Source: Magnetococcales bacterium
GTDB lineage: Bacteria > Pseudomonadota > Magnetococcia > Magnetococcales > UBA8363
Length of the DNA: 64,000 bases
Reading direction: 5' to 3'
Assembly (NCBI GenBank): GCA_015228815.1
Contig: JADGCV010000007.1
Coordinates: 1,583-65,582 of the forward strand
A program made the position numbers and the translations under genes. Every line of letters starts with the position of its first letter. The first letter of the stretch is position 1. Shown in pieces: positions 8,515 through 16,453 of the stretch. The notes under the pieces are model-generated. The model was not told the origin of the DNA. It searched no databases and saw only the letters and a list, made by a program, of their open reading frames with translations.

Positions 8515-9756
8515 TCAAACGCTTTCCCTGAGAAAAAAGTAGGCTTTGCGCAAAAATCCGGTTTTCTTTCGTTCTTCGGTTTGCCCCCCTTCGCGCAGGC
8601 GCCAATCATTGAAATTTTGCCGGGCATCCAGCAGACCGACGGCGGCGGCCAGCTCGGGACGGGTTGCCAGATCGACGACCGGAGACGGGTGGGAAAAGGA
8701 TCCCCTGCCGACGGGAGTGGCGAAAATGTCGGCGGCGCTTTCCTGGAACAGATGCATGCGTGCGCCGCCGCCGGTCAGAAGAATGCAATCCATCGGACCG
8801 TCCGTGAGTTGCGGATGGATCATTTTTTTCAATTCGAAGAAAATTTCCTCGATCCGGGCGCCGATGACCCGGGAGAGCCTGGGATCGTTCAAGATTTTCA
8901 ATACCGCTTGAATGTTGGGAGCGCCAGGTTCCAGGCCGATGCTGGCGTGATGGCCGGCATCCGGGCGACCAAAGGAGGTCTTGACCCGTTCCGCCAGTGA
9001 GGGAGCCAGATCGAAAACCTGGGAAATGTCGCTGGTGATATGACGTCCTCCCATCGGCAGGCGGGCGGAATGGATGACATGGGTCCCCTTGCGCAGAACG
9101 ACTCCGGTCGCGGCATGTCCGAGATCGATGAAACAGGTGATTGAATGTCCCGAGCCATCGGCAGTCGCGAGCGCCATGCTGGCGCTGACGTAGGAGGAGC
9201 GCAGATCCTCGACGTCCAAACCGGCATGGAGGACAGCGTCCAGCACATGATTGAAGGTCGATTGCTGACAGGTGACGACATGAAAATGTCCTTCGAGTCG
9301 ATGTCCCGACAAGCCCAGAGGATTTTTGATCTCTTTTTTGTCGAGGAAAAATTTTTTCGGTAATTGATGGAGAAGATGCCGTCCCACCTGACGACTGTTT
9401 CGCGTCGAGTCCATAAGTTGTTCCAGATCCGATTCCATGACTTCTCCTCCGGCGATGGGGATGATCCCCAGGGCGGAGAAGGATTCGATATCTTTCGAGG
9501 ACAGGCCGATCCGGATGGCGCCGATTTTTCCTCCAGCCATGTTTTCCGCCAGGGAAACCGCCTTGCGGATGCTTTGGCTCGTCAGGTCCAGATCGACGAT
9601 CATGCTGTTGTTGTCGATGCCCAGGGATGGGGTGACTCCGATTCCCACGATCATGCGATGATGCTGGTCTTCGGATACCCTGGCAACGACACATTTGATG
9701 GCGTGGGATCCACAATCCAATCCGGCAATGAGGTCGGAATCGTTGGTGTCATGCAT
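8515..9756 (-). CDS. FtsA-family actin-like ATPase (not in a dcw cluster context)
   Basis: Phosphate-1 motif LIAGLDCGSHAIKCVV. IDLGHAATGVVLRKG...LPMGGRHITSDIS. Adenosine motif LLTGGGARMHLFQESAADIF. C-terminal amphipathic tail GFLRKAYFFLRE resembles the FtsA membrane-targeting helix. Confidence 0.75.
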   Translation of the reverse strand: MHDTNDSDLIAGLDCGSHAIKCVVARVSEDQHHRMIVGIGVTPSLGIDNNSMIVDLDLTSQSIRKAVSLAENMAGGKIGAIRIGLSSKDIESFSALGIIPIAGGEVMESDLEQLMDSTRNSRQVGRHLLHQLPKKFFLDKKEIKNPLGLSGHRLEGHFHVVTCQQSTFNHVLDAVLHAGLDVEDLRSSYVSASMALATADGSGHSITCFIDLGHAATGVVLRKGTHVIHSARLPMGGRHITSDISQVFDLAPSLAERVKTSFGRPDAGHHASIGLEPGAPNIQAVLKILNDPRLSRVIGARIEEIFFELKKMIHPQLTDGPMDCILLTGGGARMHLFQESAADIFATPVGRGSFSHPSPVVDLATRPELAAAVGLLDARQNFNDWRLREGGQTEERKKTGFLRKAYFFLRESV

Positions 9757-10134
9757 GGCTGGCCCCCTGGACAGGTGAACTTGGGATCATCTTTGCGGCA
9801 TTTTCTTTCCTGACGGATGAGTGACTTTACATGGAAACGGGGTTTGAGGACAGGGGGCAGGGGGCGATGTCCGGATACCCGCTCGTTTTGCCGCGAAGCG
9901 AATTCCGGACGATCCCCGTTACGACCGCCTTGTCACGCCACCCAGGACTTCCGCGGCGATAACTTGAGCGAAAAATCACTGATTATTCAAACCTTGAAAA
10001 GAGACTGTCCGTTTGTCGCAACGTGGGTAAAGCTGTCGTGAAGGTTTGCCGATACAGTGCTCAAGATGCCGGAATAATGGTGTCCGCCATTATGGACGTC
10101 GTGCCAATCAGTTCTACAAAGAGAAGAAACGACC

Positions 10135-10812
10135 ATGACTACTTCAAAGAAAACCCGAACTTCCCTTTCCATATTGGCCTGTGCCTCAATGATGGCCGGG
10201 AGTTTGGTCATTCCCACGGAGGTTCGCGCCGATGCCGCGACCGCGACGGTACTCGGGGGGGTGGCGCTTCTCAACTCGTTGTTTCACGCATCGCAGCCGG
10301 TCGAACCCGCGGGGGTCGTGGCCGCTCCCGCCGTGGCGGCGGCTCCAGCAATGCCCATGATGGTCGAACAACCCGCCATGGTCGCTCCGCTTTCCTTTGC
10401 CGCCCCCGTTCCCGTTCCGGTGATGCAACCCTATTCGGTTCCAATGCCGGTGGCGCAACCGGTTCCGGTGCCGGTGGCGCAACCGTATTCAGTCCCGGTG
10501 CCGGTGGCGCAACCGGTTCCGGTTCCGGTGGCGCAACCCTATGCGGTTCCGGTGCCGGTGGCGCAACCGGTTCCGGTGCCGGTGGCGCAACCCTATGCGG
10601 TTCCCGTACCCGTGGCGCAACCGGTGCCGGTGCCGGTGGCGCAACCGTATTCAGTCCCGGTGCCGGTGGCGCAACCGGTTCCGGTACCCGTGGCCCAACC
10701 CTATTCGGTGCCCGTTCCCGTGGTTCAGCCGGTTTCGGTACAGGTGACCACCCGTGTGGTCCAGCCCGTCGTCTCGGCATGCATTCCGGCGGCGACGGTG
10801 GTCTGCCGATAA
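10135..10812 (+). CDS. Secreted Pro/Val/Ala/Gln-rich repeat protein
   Basis: Signal peptide MTTSKKTRTSLSILACASMMAGSLVIPTEVRA, followed by the conserved block DAATATVLGGVALL. About 6 copies of PVPVAQPVPVPVAQPY(S/A)V follow. It is a paralogue of the 11557 gene. Confidence 0.7.
   Translation: MTTSKKTRTSLSILACASMMAGSLVIPTEVRADAATATVLGGVALLNSLFHASQPVEPAGVVAAPAVAAAPAMPMMVEQPAMVAPLSFAAPVPVPVMQPYSVPMPVAQPVPVPVAQPYSVPVPVAQPVPVPVAQPYAVPVPVAQPVPVPVAQPYAVPVPVAQPVPVPVAQPYSVPVPVAQPVPVPVAQPYSVPVPVVQPVSVQVTTRVVQPVVSACIPAATVVCR
10405..10745 (+). repeat. In-frame 54-bp tandem repeat: about 5 good copies (10447-10716) plus degenerate flanking units
   Basis: Unit ccggtggcgcaaccggttccggtgccggtggcgcaacc(c/g)tat(g/t)c(g/a)gt(t/c)ccggtg recurs at 10447, 10501, 10555, 10609 and 10663. 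It encodes the PVPVAQPVPVPVAQPYxV units. Confidence 0.9.
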
Positions 10813-11556
10813 GTTGGCACTGGGTTTACCATGAGTCGCCGGTGTCCACGGATGGGCGCTTTGCGACAGTTCTTGGCAGGGATGGATCCACCGGGTCCGG
10901 AGTGTTCGGGAAAATCACCACGCTTCCCCAACCCGGACGGTACCACGATCGGGAGGAGACGACAGGCCATGACGTCGATCGTGTTCGACGACATAGCCAT
11001 GGATGATCGCCGGCAGCCAGGGAAAAGAAACGTTGCCGATCGTGATGTTGGCGTTTTGTGGGGATGGATCCCCACCATCCGACATGGATTCGTGATCGAA
11101 TGCGTGTGGCGGCGGCTCCCGGGTCGTCGCCTTCCCGGCGTTCACGAGTCCCGAAAGCCTCGTTGATTGACGTGCATCGTCCGCGGGCAGGGCAAGATCC
11201 AAGGTTTGATCGAGGGACAGGCAGGACGGTAAACCGTTCGCGGCACCGGTGCAGGGGGGCTCGACCGGACCGCCCCGAGCCGTCCACCATGGAATCAACA
11301 TCAGCCACGGGAGCAAGGAACAAATCAAGGGGAGAAGGCGATACCTTGAACAAGACATGATGAAATCCTTTATAAAACAGGCTTGATGCCGGAAATTTGC
11401 AGTGCCGAACGTGTCAATCGCCTCCACGGGTGTTTGACAGTGGGGACCCGGCACGATAACGTGTCAGGGGATTCCCGAGTGAATCAATCAACCCCGATGT
11501 CCGGTTCTTCTTCTATGGTGTGATCGGATATCCCATTTCATGACAAAGAGAAGGCA

Positions 11557-11847
11557 ATGAACACTCCATCAAAGACTCGTCGCACCGTCTGGTTGCCGGT
11601 GTGTGCCGCCTTGCTGGCCGCAACCTGGGCCATTCCTCGGAACGTACACGCCGACGCCGTTACCGCTACCGTTCTCGGAGGGGCTGCCCTTTTGGGGAAC
11701 ATCCTGCATTCATCGAGCCACCATCACGGCTATTACGCCCCGCCCCTGGCCCATCCGGTCGCCCCCGTGTACGCGGCTCCGGTGGTCCGGCCAATGGCGG
11801 TTCCCGTCTATCCGGTGGCGCCCTATTATGTCTACTATCCCTACTGA
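11557..11847 (+). CDS. Small secreted Pro/Val/Tyr-rich protein, paralogue of the 10135 gene
   Basis: Signal peptide, then DAVTATVLGGAALL (compare DAATATVLGGVALL in the 10135 gene). The leader ACAAAGAGAAG is similar before both ATGs. The tail is HHHGYYAPPLAHPVAPVYAAPVVRPMAVPVYPVAPYYVYYPY. Confidence 0.65.
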   Translation: MNTPSKTRRTVWLPVCAALLAATWAIPRNVHADAVTATVLGGAALLGNILHSSSHHHGYYAPPLAHPVAPVYAAPVVRPMAVPVYPVAPYYVYYPY

Positions 11848-12022
11848 GTCAACGTCGGGTCTCCTGGATCCAGGGGACTAAAAACGCCCTCTTTTTCTGC
11901 TCCGACTCAGGGTTGGACATCATGACCGGCGGACGGATGCCTTTTACGGGGAGGGAAACCTCCCCGTCCGGTTTTCCCCTGAGGAGGTCGGCCTTCGATG
12001 CGGGAAGGGAAGCCAACGATCC

Positions 12023-12511
12023 ATGCTGTTTCATTTGCATAAAAGCCAGATGACCATCGAGGAGTTCCTGGCCCATCCCACGGCGCCATTGTTGATTGAC
12101 GTTCGGGGGAGCCTGGAGTCCGATCCCACCATCCCCGGCTCGAAGCGGGTCTATCTTCTCGACATCGAGGAAAGAACCGAAGCCTTCGAAAATAAATGCG
12201 CTCCGCTTCTGGCGGGCCGGTCGCTGCTGCTGTATTGCAGCAAGGGCGAGGGAAGCCATTATCTGTTGAAAAAATTTTCCGGGAAATTTCGTGTTCAGAG
12301 TCTCAAGGGGGGGATGATTGGCTATCTGACGACGATTTCGCGGTTGCTTCATGAACATCCCTACCAGGACCCGGCAAACAAGGGCGACAACATGGTCAAG
12401 ATCCTGGCGGCGTTGACCAATTGCCGCACCAGTCCGGTCACCTTCGCGAAAATCATCGACAATCTGCTGCGTCATTCACCCGATCCCAGGCTCAGGGCGC
12501 TGGTCCGTTGA
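12023..12511 (+). CDS. Rhodanese-like domain protein
   Basis: LLIDVRG...IPGSKRV...LLLYCSKGEGSHYL...LKGGMIGY matches the rhodanese layout with an active-site Cys loop. The start could be the internal MTIEEFL (12050). An antisense ORF at 11849-12475 has no recognisable motifs. Confidence 0.55.
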   Translation: MLFHLHKSQMTIEEFLAHPTAPLLIDVRGSLESDPTIPGSKRVYLLDIEERTEAFENKCAPLLAGRSLLLYCSKGEGSHYLLKKFSGKFRVQSLKGGMIGYLTTISRLLHEHPYQDPANKGDNMVKILAALTNCRTSPVTFAKIIDNLLRHSPDPRLRALVR

Positions 12512-12538
12512 CGTTCATGTCCTGGAAGTTCTCTGGCC

Positions 12539-13441
12539 TCAAAAGGGAATTTCAAAAAGCGGGGGCCGTTTTTCGTCCGCCTCCATGTCCACCACCGCCG
12601 CAAGGCGGAATCCGATGTCGGGGCGTTTGGCGGTATGGCGTTCGAAGCCGCGATTGGCGCAGCGGAGCGCCTGCGTTCCATCCTTCCAGCCACCGCCGCG
12701 GATCACCCTGAAGGGGCCCTCCCCGGTGATGGCCGGGTTGTGTTCATCGTGGTTGGCATAGGCGTCGGGACGATAGGTGTCCAGGGTCCATTCCCAGACG
12801 TTGCCGTTCATGTCGCGCAAACCCAGGCGGTTGGCGCGAAGTCTTGCGACGGGATGGGTTGCGTGTGATCCCTTCTCGGCGCTCCAGGCGATCTGGCCAG
12901 GGTCGGCGCGGCCAGCGTAAACGATGTCGTCTCCCCGTTCACGACAGGCGAATTCCCATTCCGCCTCGGTCGGCAGACGGAAGCGGGCCTTTCCCTTGAA
13001 CCGTTCGTTGAGGCTTTCGCTGATCACCTCGGCATCGATCCATGAGACCTGTTCCAATGGATGGTCATCTCCCTTTTGGAACAATGATGGGTTGACCCGC
13101 ATGATCGCCTGCCATTGACCCTGGGTCACTTCGGTTTTTCCGAGCCAGAAGTCGGCGACGCAGGCCGAATGGAGCGGGCCTTCATCGTGTTCCCGCCCCT
13201 CTTTCCAGGGAGGGGAGCCCATCTGGAAACAGCCGCCGGGGACCCAGACAAATCCGATTCCGGTCACCGAATCGGTCCAGTTTTTTCCAGGAACCGGTTC
13301 TTCGTCGCCGCGACGGTCGGCTGTCGGGGGGACCAACCGTTCCCACTCGATGATCATGCTCCCTTCCGCCTCCCGGCATGACGGGAGGGCCAGGCTCCAG
13401 AGGAGGGCCAGAAACGACAGTCTCTGCAAAAAAAGGTTCAT
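12539..13441 (-). CDS. Secreted formylglycine-generating-enzyme-like (FGE-sulfatase/SUMF1 fold) protein
   Basis: Signal peptide MNLFLQRLSFLALLWSLALPSC. Motifs FVWVPGGCFQMGS, TEVTQGQW, RLPTEAEWEFACR, DMNGNVWEW and RVIRGGGW. ATGA start/stop overlap with the upstream gene. Confidence 0.85.
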   Translation of the reverse strand: MNLFLQRLSFLALLWSLALPSCREAEGSMIIEWERLVPPTADRRGDEEPVPGKNWTDSVTGIGFVWVPGGCFQMGSPPWKEGREHDEGPLHSACVADFWLGKTEVTQGQWQAIMRVNPSLFQKGDDHPLEQVSWIDAEVISESLNERFKGKARFRLPTEAEWEFACRERGDDIVYAGRADPGQIAWSAEKGSHATHPVARLRANRLGLRDMNGNVWEWTLDTYRPDAYANHDEHNPAITGEGPFRVIRGGGWKDGTQALRCANRGFERHTAKRPDIGFRLAAVVDMEADEKRPPLFEIPF

Positions 13442-15150
13442 GGATGTTCCCCGCGAAGACGGGTCAGACGGATGGAGGCGGGTTCGGTCAGGAGTCCGTT
13501 CAGGGAGGGACGCCCCGGTTTCAATCGGGAAAGGGCATAATGATACCCCTCATCCAGCGCAACCCAGCCATCCCGGGCGTTTCCCCGGCTGCCATCCGCT
13601 TCGCCCAGCAATCCCTTGATCAGTTCGTAGGTGAAGGCCCCCTGTCGTCCGTGGTCGTTGGCGCCGGGATCCCCATTGAGCGCGGCGACGGCCCAGCCTC
13701 GGGTATCGGCGAAGAATGCGCGGTCCGGCATTTTTTTCTGCCCCAGGAGCCGGGTGCCGCAGGTCCCCTGGCCATGAAAACAGGTATCCAGAATCACCAC
13801 GATTTCCCGGTCGGGCAGATCGCTCAGGAGGTTTTTGATCCGGCGCAGGGAAATCGCCGTTTGCGGGTTGATCGCCAACCCTTCGACCTGGGACGGGAGG
13901 AGCAGGCCATCGTCGAAGCGCGGCGGCTGACTTGCGACCCATGATGCCCCCAATCCCGAAAAATAAAAAAGCAACAGGGCGTTGGGATGGCTTTTACCTT
14001 TGTGCGCCAGCCAGTCCAGGTCGGCCTGGATTGTTTCCAGGGTCGCATCCTCGCCGATGCGCAGGCGGGCATGCTCCGGATCGGGGAAAAAGACTCCGCG
14101 TCGGGTCAGCAGGGTATGCATGTTGGTGGCATCCCGGTCGCCGAAATGGCGCGATTCGATATTCTGGTAACGACCGACGCCAACGAAGAGGGCAAAGGCA
14201 TCCTCGCGTTTGAGCCAGGGATCGAGGGCCGGTTGCGCGGCGATCAGCGAATCCAGTTCCCGGGTTCGGTCGCCAATGTTGCCGCTTTTGGGCCAGGCGC
14301 CGTCCGGGAGTTCCATCGGTGGTGGTATGGCTCCCTTGGGATCGATTTCGGCGACCAGCAGTTGTTCCTTGGCCTTGATGAACAGCAATTCTTCGGGATA
14401 TTCCTTGATCAGAAAATCGACCGCGTTCTTGATGGCGGACAGGTGCTTGCCGGAGCGAAATTCCTGCCATAGATTTTCCACCAGTGCCAGAGCGGCCTGA
14501 TGTTGCCATTCCTTGGGCAGGCTTCCCGGAAGGTGTTCCCGGGAGAGCCAGTCGTAGGCTTCCAGATAACGGGCCATGCGTGACAGCGCCATGTATTTGG
14601 TGTGGGCCAGGGCCATGTTGCCCGGGTACTTTTTGACTCCTTCGAAGGAAAGAAGATGGGCTTCTTCGTCATTGCCCATTTCGAAACGCAGCCAGGCCAG
14701 ATTGGCATGGACCTTCATCGCCAGACGGTCGGTGGGGGGGCGATCCCGTGTCGTCTTGTAAAGATTTTCCCATAGTTCCCGTGCCTTGGGCAGTTGTTTG
14801 TCAAGATACCACGCCAATCCGAGATTGAAATCGAGTTCGGGATCGGTGGGACAGAGATCATGGGCACGGCGGATCGCCGTCAGGGCGAGTTGCCGCTGCG
14901 TGTCGAAACGACCGATCCCTTTCAAGGCGATTTCCCGGGCGACGTTGCAGGAACCCGACAGTTCGGCCCCCCCCAATGAAGGATGGCTCAATGCCGTCAT
15001 GAAACAAACAGCGAAAAAGGCCGTCCTGCGTGTGTACCGGGAGCGACCGAGGGCGCTTCGGTGGGGGACGTTCGCATCCGTGGCAACGGGTTCGGCGGCG
15101 ATGGTTGACATGCGGTCCAGGGCATTCGTTGGCTGTTGGAACGGAATCAA
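13438..15150 (-). CDS. TPR-repeat protein with a C-terminal caspase-fold (peptidase C14/orthocaspase-like) domain; the canonical catalytic His position is Leu
   Basis: N-terminal RRTAFFAVCFMTALS resembles a Tat or Sec signal. A TPR-like region spans aa 70-260. C14 layout: FALFVGVGRYQN...ATNMHTLL...LLLFYFSGLGAS (expected SGHG)...VVILDTCFHGQG (Cys retained). Confidence 0.75.
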   Translation of the reverse strand: MIPFQQPTNALDRMSTIAAEPVATDANVPHRSALGRSRYTRRTAFFAVCFMTALSHPSLGGAELSGSCNVAREIALKGIGRFDTQRQLALTAIRRAHDLCPTDPELDFNLGLAWYLDKQLPKARELWENLYKTTRDRPPTDRLAMKVHANLAWLRFEMGNDEEAHLLSFEGVKKYPGNMALAHTKYMALSRMARYLEAYDWLSREHLPGSLPKEWQHQAALALVENLWQEFRSGKHLSAIKNAVDFLIKEYPEELLFIKAKEQLLVAEIDPKGAIPPPMELPDGAWPKSGNIGDRTRELDSLIAAQPALDPWLKREDAFALFVGVGRYQNIESRHFGDRDATNMHTLLTRRGVFFPDPEHARLRIGEDATLETIQADLDWLAHKGKSHPNALLLFYFSGLGASWVASQPPRFDDGLLLPSQVEGLAINPQTAISLRRIKNLLSDLPDREIVVILDTCFHGQGTCGTRLLGQKKMPDRAFFADTRGWAVAALNGDPGANDHGRQGAFTYELIKGLLGEADGSRGNARDGWVALDEGYHYALSRLKPGRPSLNGLLTEPASIRLTRLRGEHP

Positions 15151-15283
15151 TGGTGTTTCTTAATGCTTGATGATACTCAATGCGAAATTTCATGCAAGAT
15201 AACGGCCATATTATGGATATCCATGCGAGCCGGTCCGGGAGCAGGGGCGGATCGGGGAAAGATGTCGCTGCGAAATTTTTCTT

Positions 15284-16447
15284 TCAATGATCTTTTTCTG
15301 GGATCCGTGCTTCAAGATCGACAACAACGCTTTCGACGCGGTTGTCCCGAAGGAAAGTCAAGACAGGCCTGGGATTGCGATCCCTTGCCCGAAGGAGACG
15401 GACCAGGGAATGGGGGTGGGGCAAAGGGTGGTGGTCCAGGCGAAGGGGTTGATCGCCCGGTTTGAGCCCCCCCCTTTGCGCCGGCGAATCGGGGGTGACT
15501 GCGGTGATGACGATCCGCCCCGCCGTCGCCGATGAAGAAACCGCCTCCAGTTGAACTCCGAGAAGTTGCCGCGGTGTTTCCGTGGGAAGGGACGAAGTTC
15601 CCCAGACAAAATCGGCCCCCCGGTCCGGAAACGGCTGGTCTCGATCATTCCATGGAAGAACCGTCACCATCTCCGCCGCCAGCCCCATGGATGCCAGTTG
15701 ATGCGGGATGCCATGTTTCATCAGGAGATGTCCCGAACCCGCCAGGGCGATGACCTGTCCCCGAGGATGACGCCGTACCCAATCGGCGATGGCCCCGGCC
15801 ATGACCCCGTCCCACAACCGCTGGGCATCGATAAAATTTTCCAGGCTCCCCCCCCGGGCCATCATCGGATGGCTGTCGAACACCGCACGCAACCGTTCCC
15901 GATATTCAGGAAGCGCCGGGGCCAGGACAGGCAATCGATCCAGGAGCATCCGGTCCAGACTGTCAAATCCCCGGGTCCGCACCTGCGACACGACAGCGCG
16001 ATCAATGTTCATGGCCAGCAATGGAACCTTTCGTTCACGGGCCAGACGAAGGATCGGCAGGTAGAGTTCGGCATCAAATCCCCAGGTGAAATACCACGAA
16101 ACGGCATCAAGAAATTCATCCTCCGCCATTCCTCCCGCAACCCATCGGTCAAGTTGTGGCTGAAGATGGCCGGGAAACATTTCCATGGCCAGTGCCACAT
16201 CCCTACCCCGATCCAGCATTTCACCAAGAATCAACCTTTGTACCTCGTGATGCCCCGGATCATCATGGGTTTCCCCAACCAGAACGATTCGCCGCGCCGC
16301 AAGGCGATCCATCAGTTGAACCTGTTCGATCCGGCGACTCCCCTCGATTTCCAGGATTTCTCCCGTTTCGATAAACACGCCACCCATGCCACCCATCCCC
16401 ATGATCTGCAACCAGACCATCATCCCCATCAACGGAAGTATCGCCAT
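15284..16447 (-). CDS. ChaN-family (haem-binding/Tiki superfamily) protein fused to a C-terminal PDZ domain
   Basis: IVLVGETHDDPGHHEVQRLILGEMLDRG...ALAMEMF and VIALAGSGHL are ChaN-like. The C-terminus GRIVITAVTPDSPAQRGGLKPGDQPLRL is PDZ-like. Confidence 0.6.
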   Translation of the reverse strand: MAILPLMGMMVWLQIMGMGGMGGVFIETGEILEIEGSRRIEQVQLMDRLAARRIVLVGETHDDPGHHEVQRLILGEMLDRGRDVALAMEMFPGHLQPQLDRWVAGGMAEDEFLDAVSWYFTWGFDAELYLPILRLARERKVPLLAMNIDRAVVSQVRTRGFDSLDRMLLDRLPVLAPALPEYRERLRAVFDSHPMMARGGSLENFIDAQRLWDGVMAGAIADWVRRHPRGQVIALAGSGHLLMKHGIPHQLASMGLAAEMVTVLPWNDRDQPFPDRGADFVWGTSSLPTETPRQLLGVQLEAVSSSATAGRIVITAVTPDSPAQRGGLKPGDQPLRLDHHPLPHPHSLVRLLRARDRNPRPVLTFLRDNRVESVVVDLEARIPEKDH

Positions 16448-16453
16448 GACCGC

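Noticed and set aside
8606-9715. 369-aa minus-strand ORF in an alternative frame of the FtsA-like gene
   Set aside because: It is extremely Arg/Pro/Ser/Gly-rich. The other frame carries the actin-fold ATPase motifs.
10405-10745. Regular repeats considered as a possible CRISPR array
   Set aside because: The units are directly tandem with no unique spacers. They are in frame within a secreted protein, and no cas genes are nearby.
10023-11006. 327-aa plus-strand ORF (Gly/Arg/Ser-rich) and the minus-strand ORF at 10271-10780
   Set aside because: These are alternative-frame or antisense readings of the 54-bp tandem repeat. The frame with a signal peptide and a paralogue (10135-10812) is preferred.
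10826-11454. Overlapping minus-strand ORFs (175 aa and 179 aa) and plus-strand ORFs in the 744-bp gap between the two Pro-rich genes
   Set aside because: None has motifs. Third-position GC in the two minus frames that I spot-checked is unremarkable. The 10915-11358 version has a signal-peptide-like start (MSCSRYRLLPLICSLLPWLML), but I cannot support it well enough to call it a gene.
11849-12475. 208-aa minus-strand ORF
   Set aside because: It is antisense to the rhodanese-like ORF, which at least shows the rhodanese active-site layout. This one has none.
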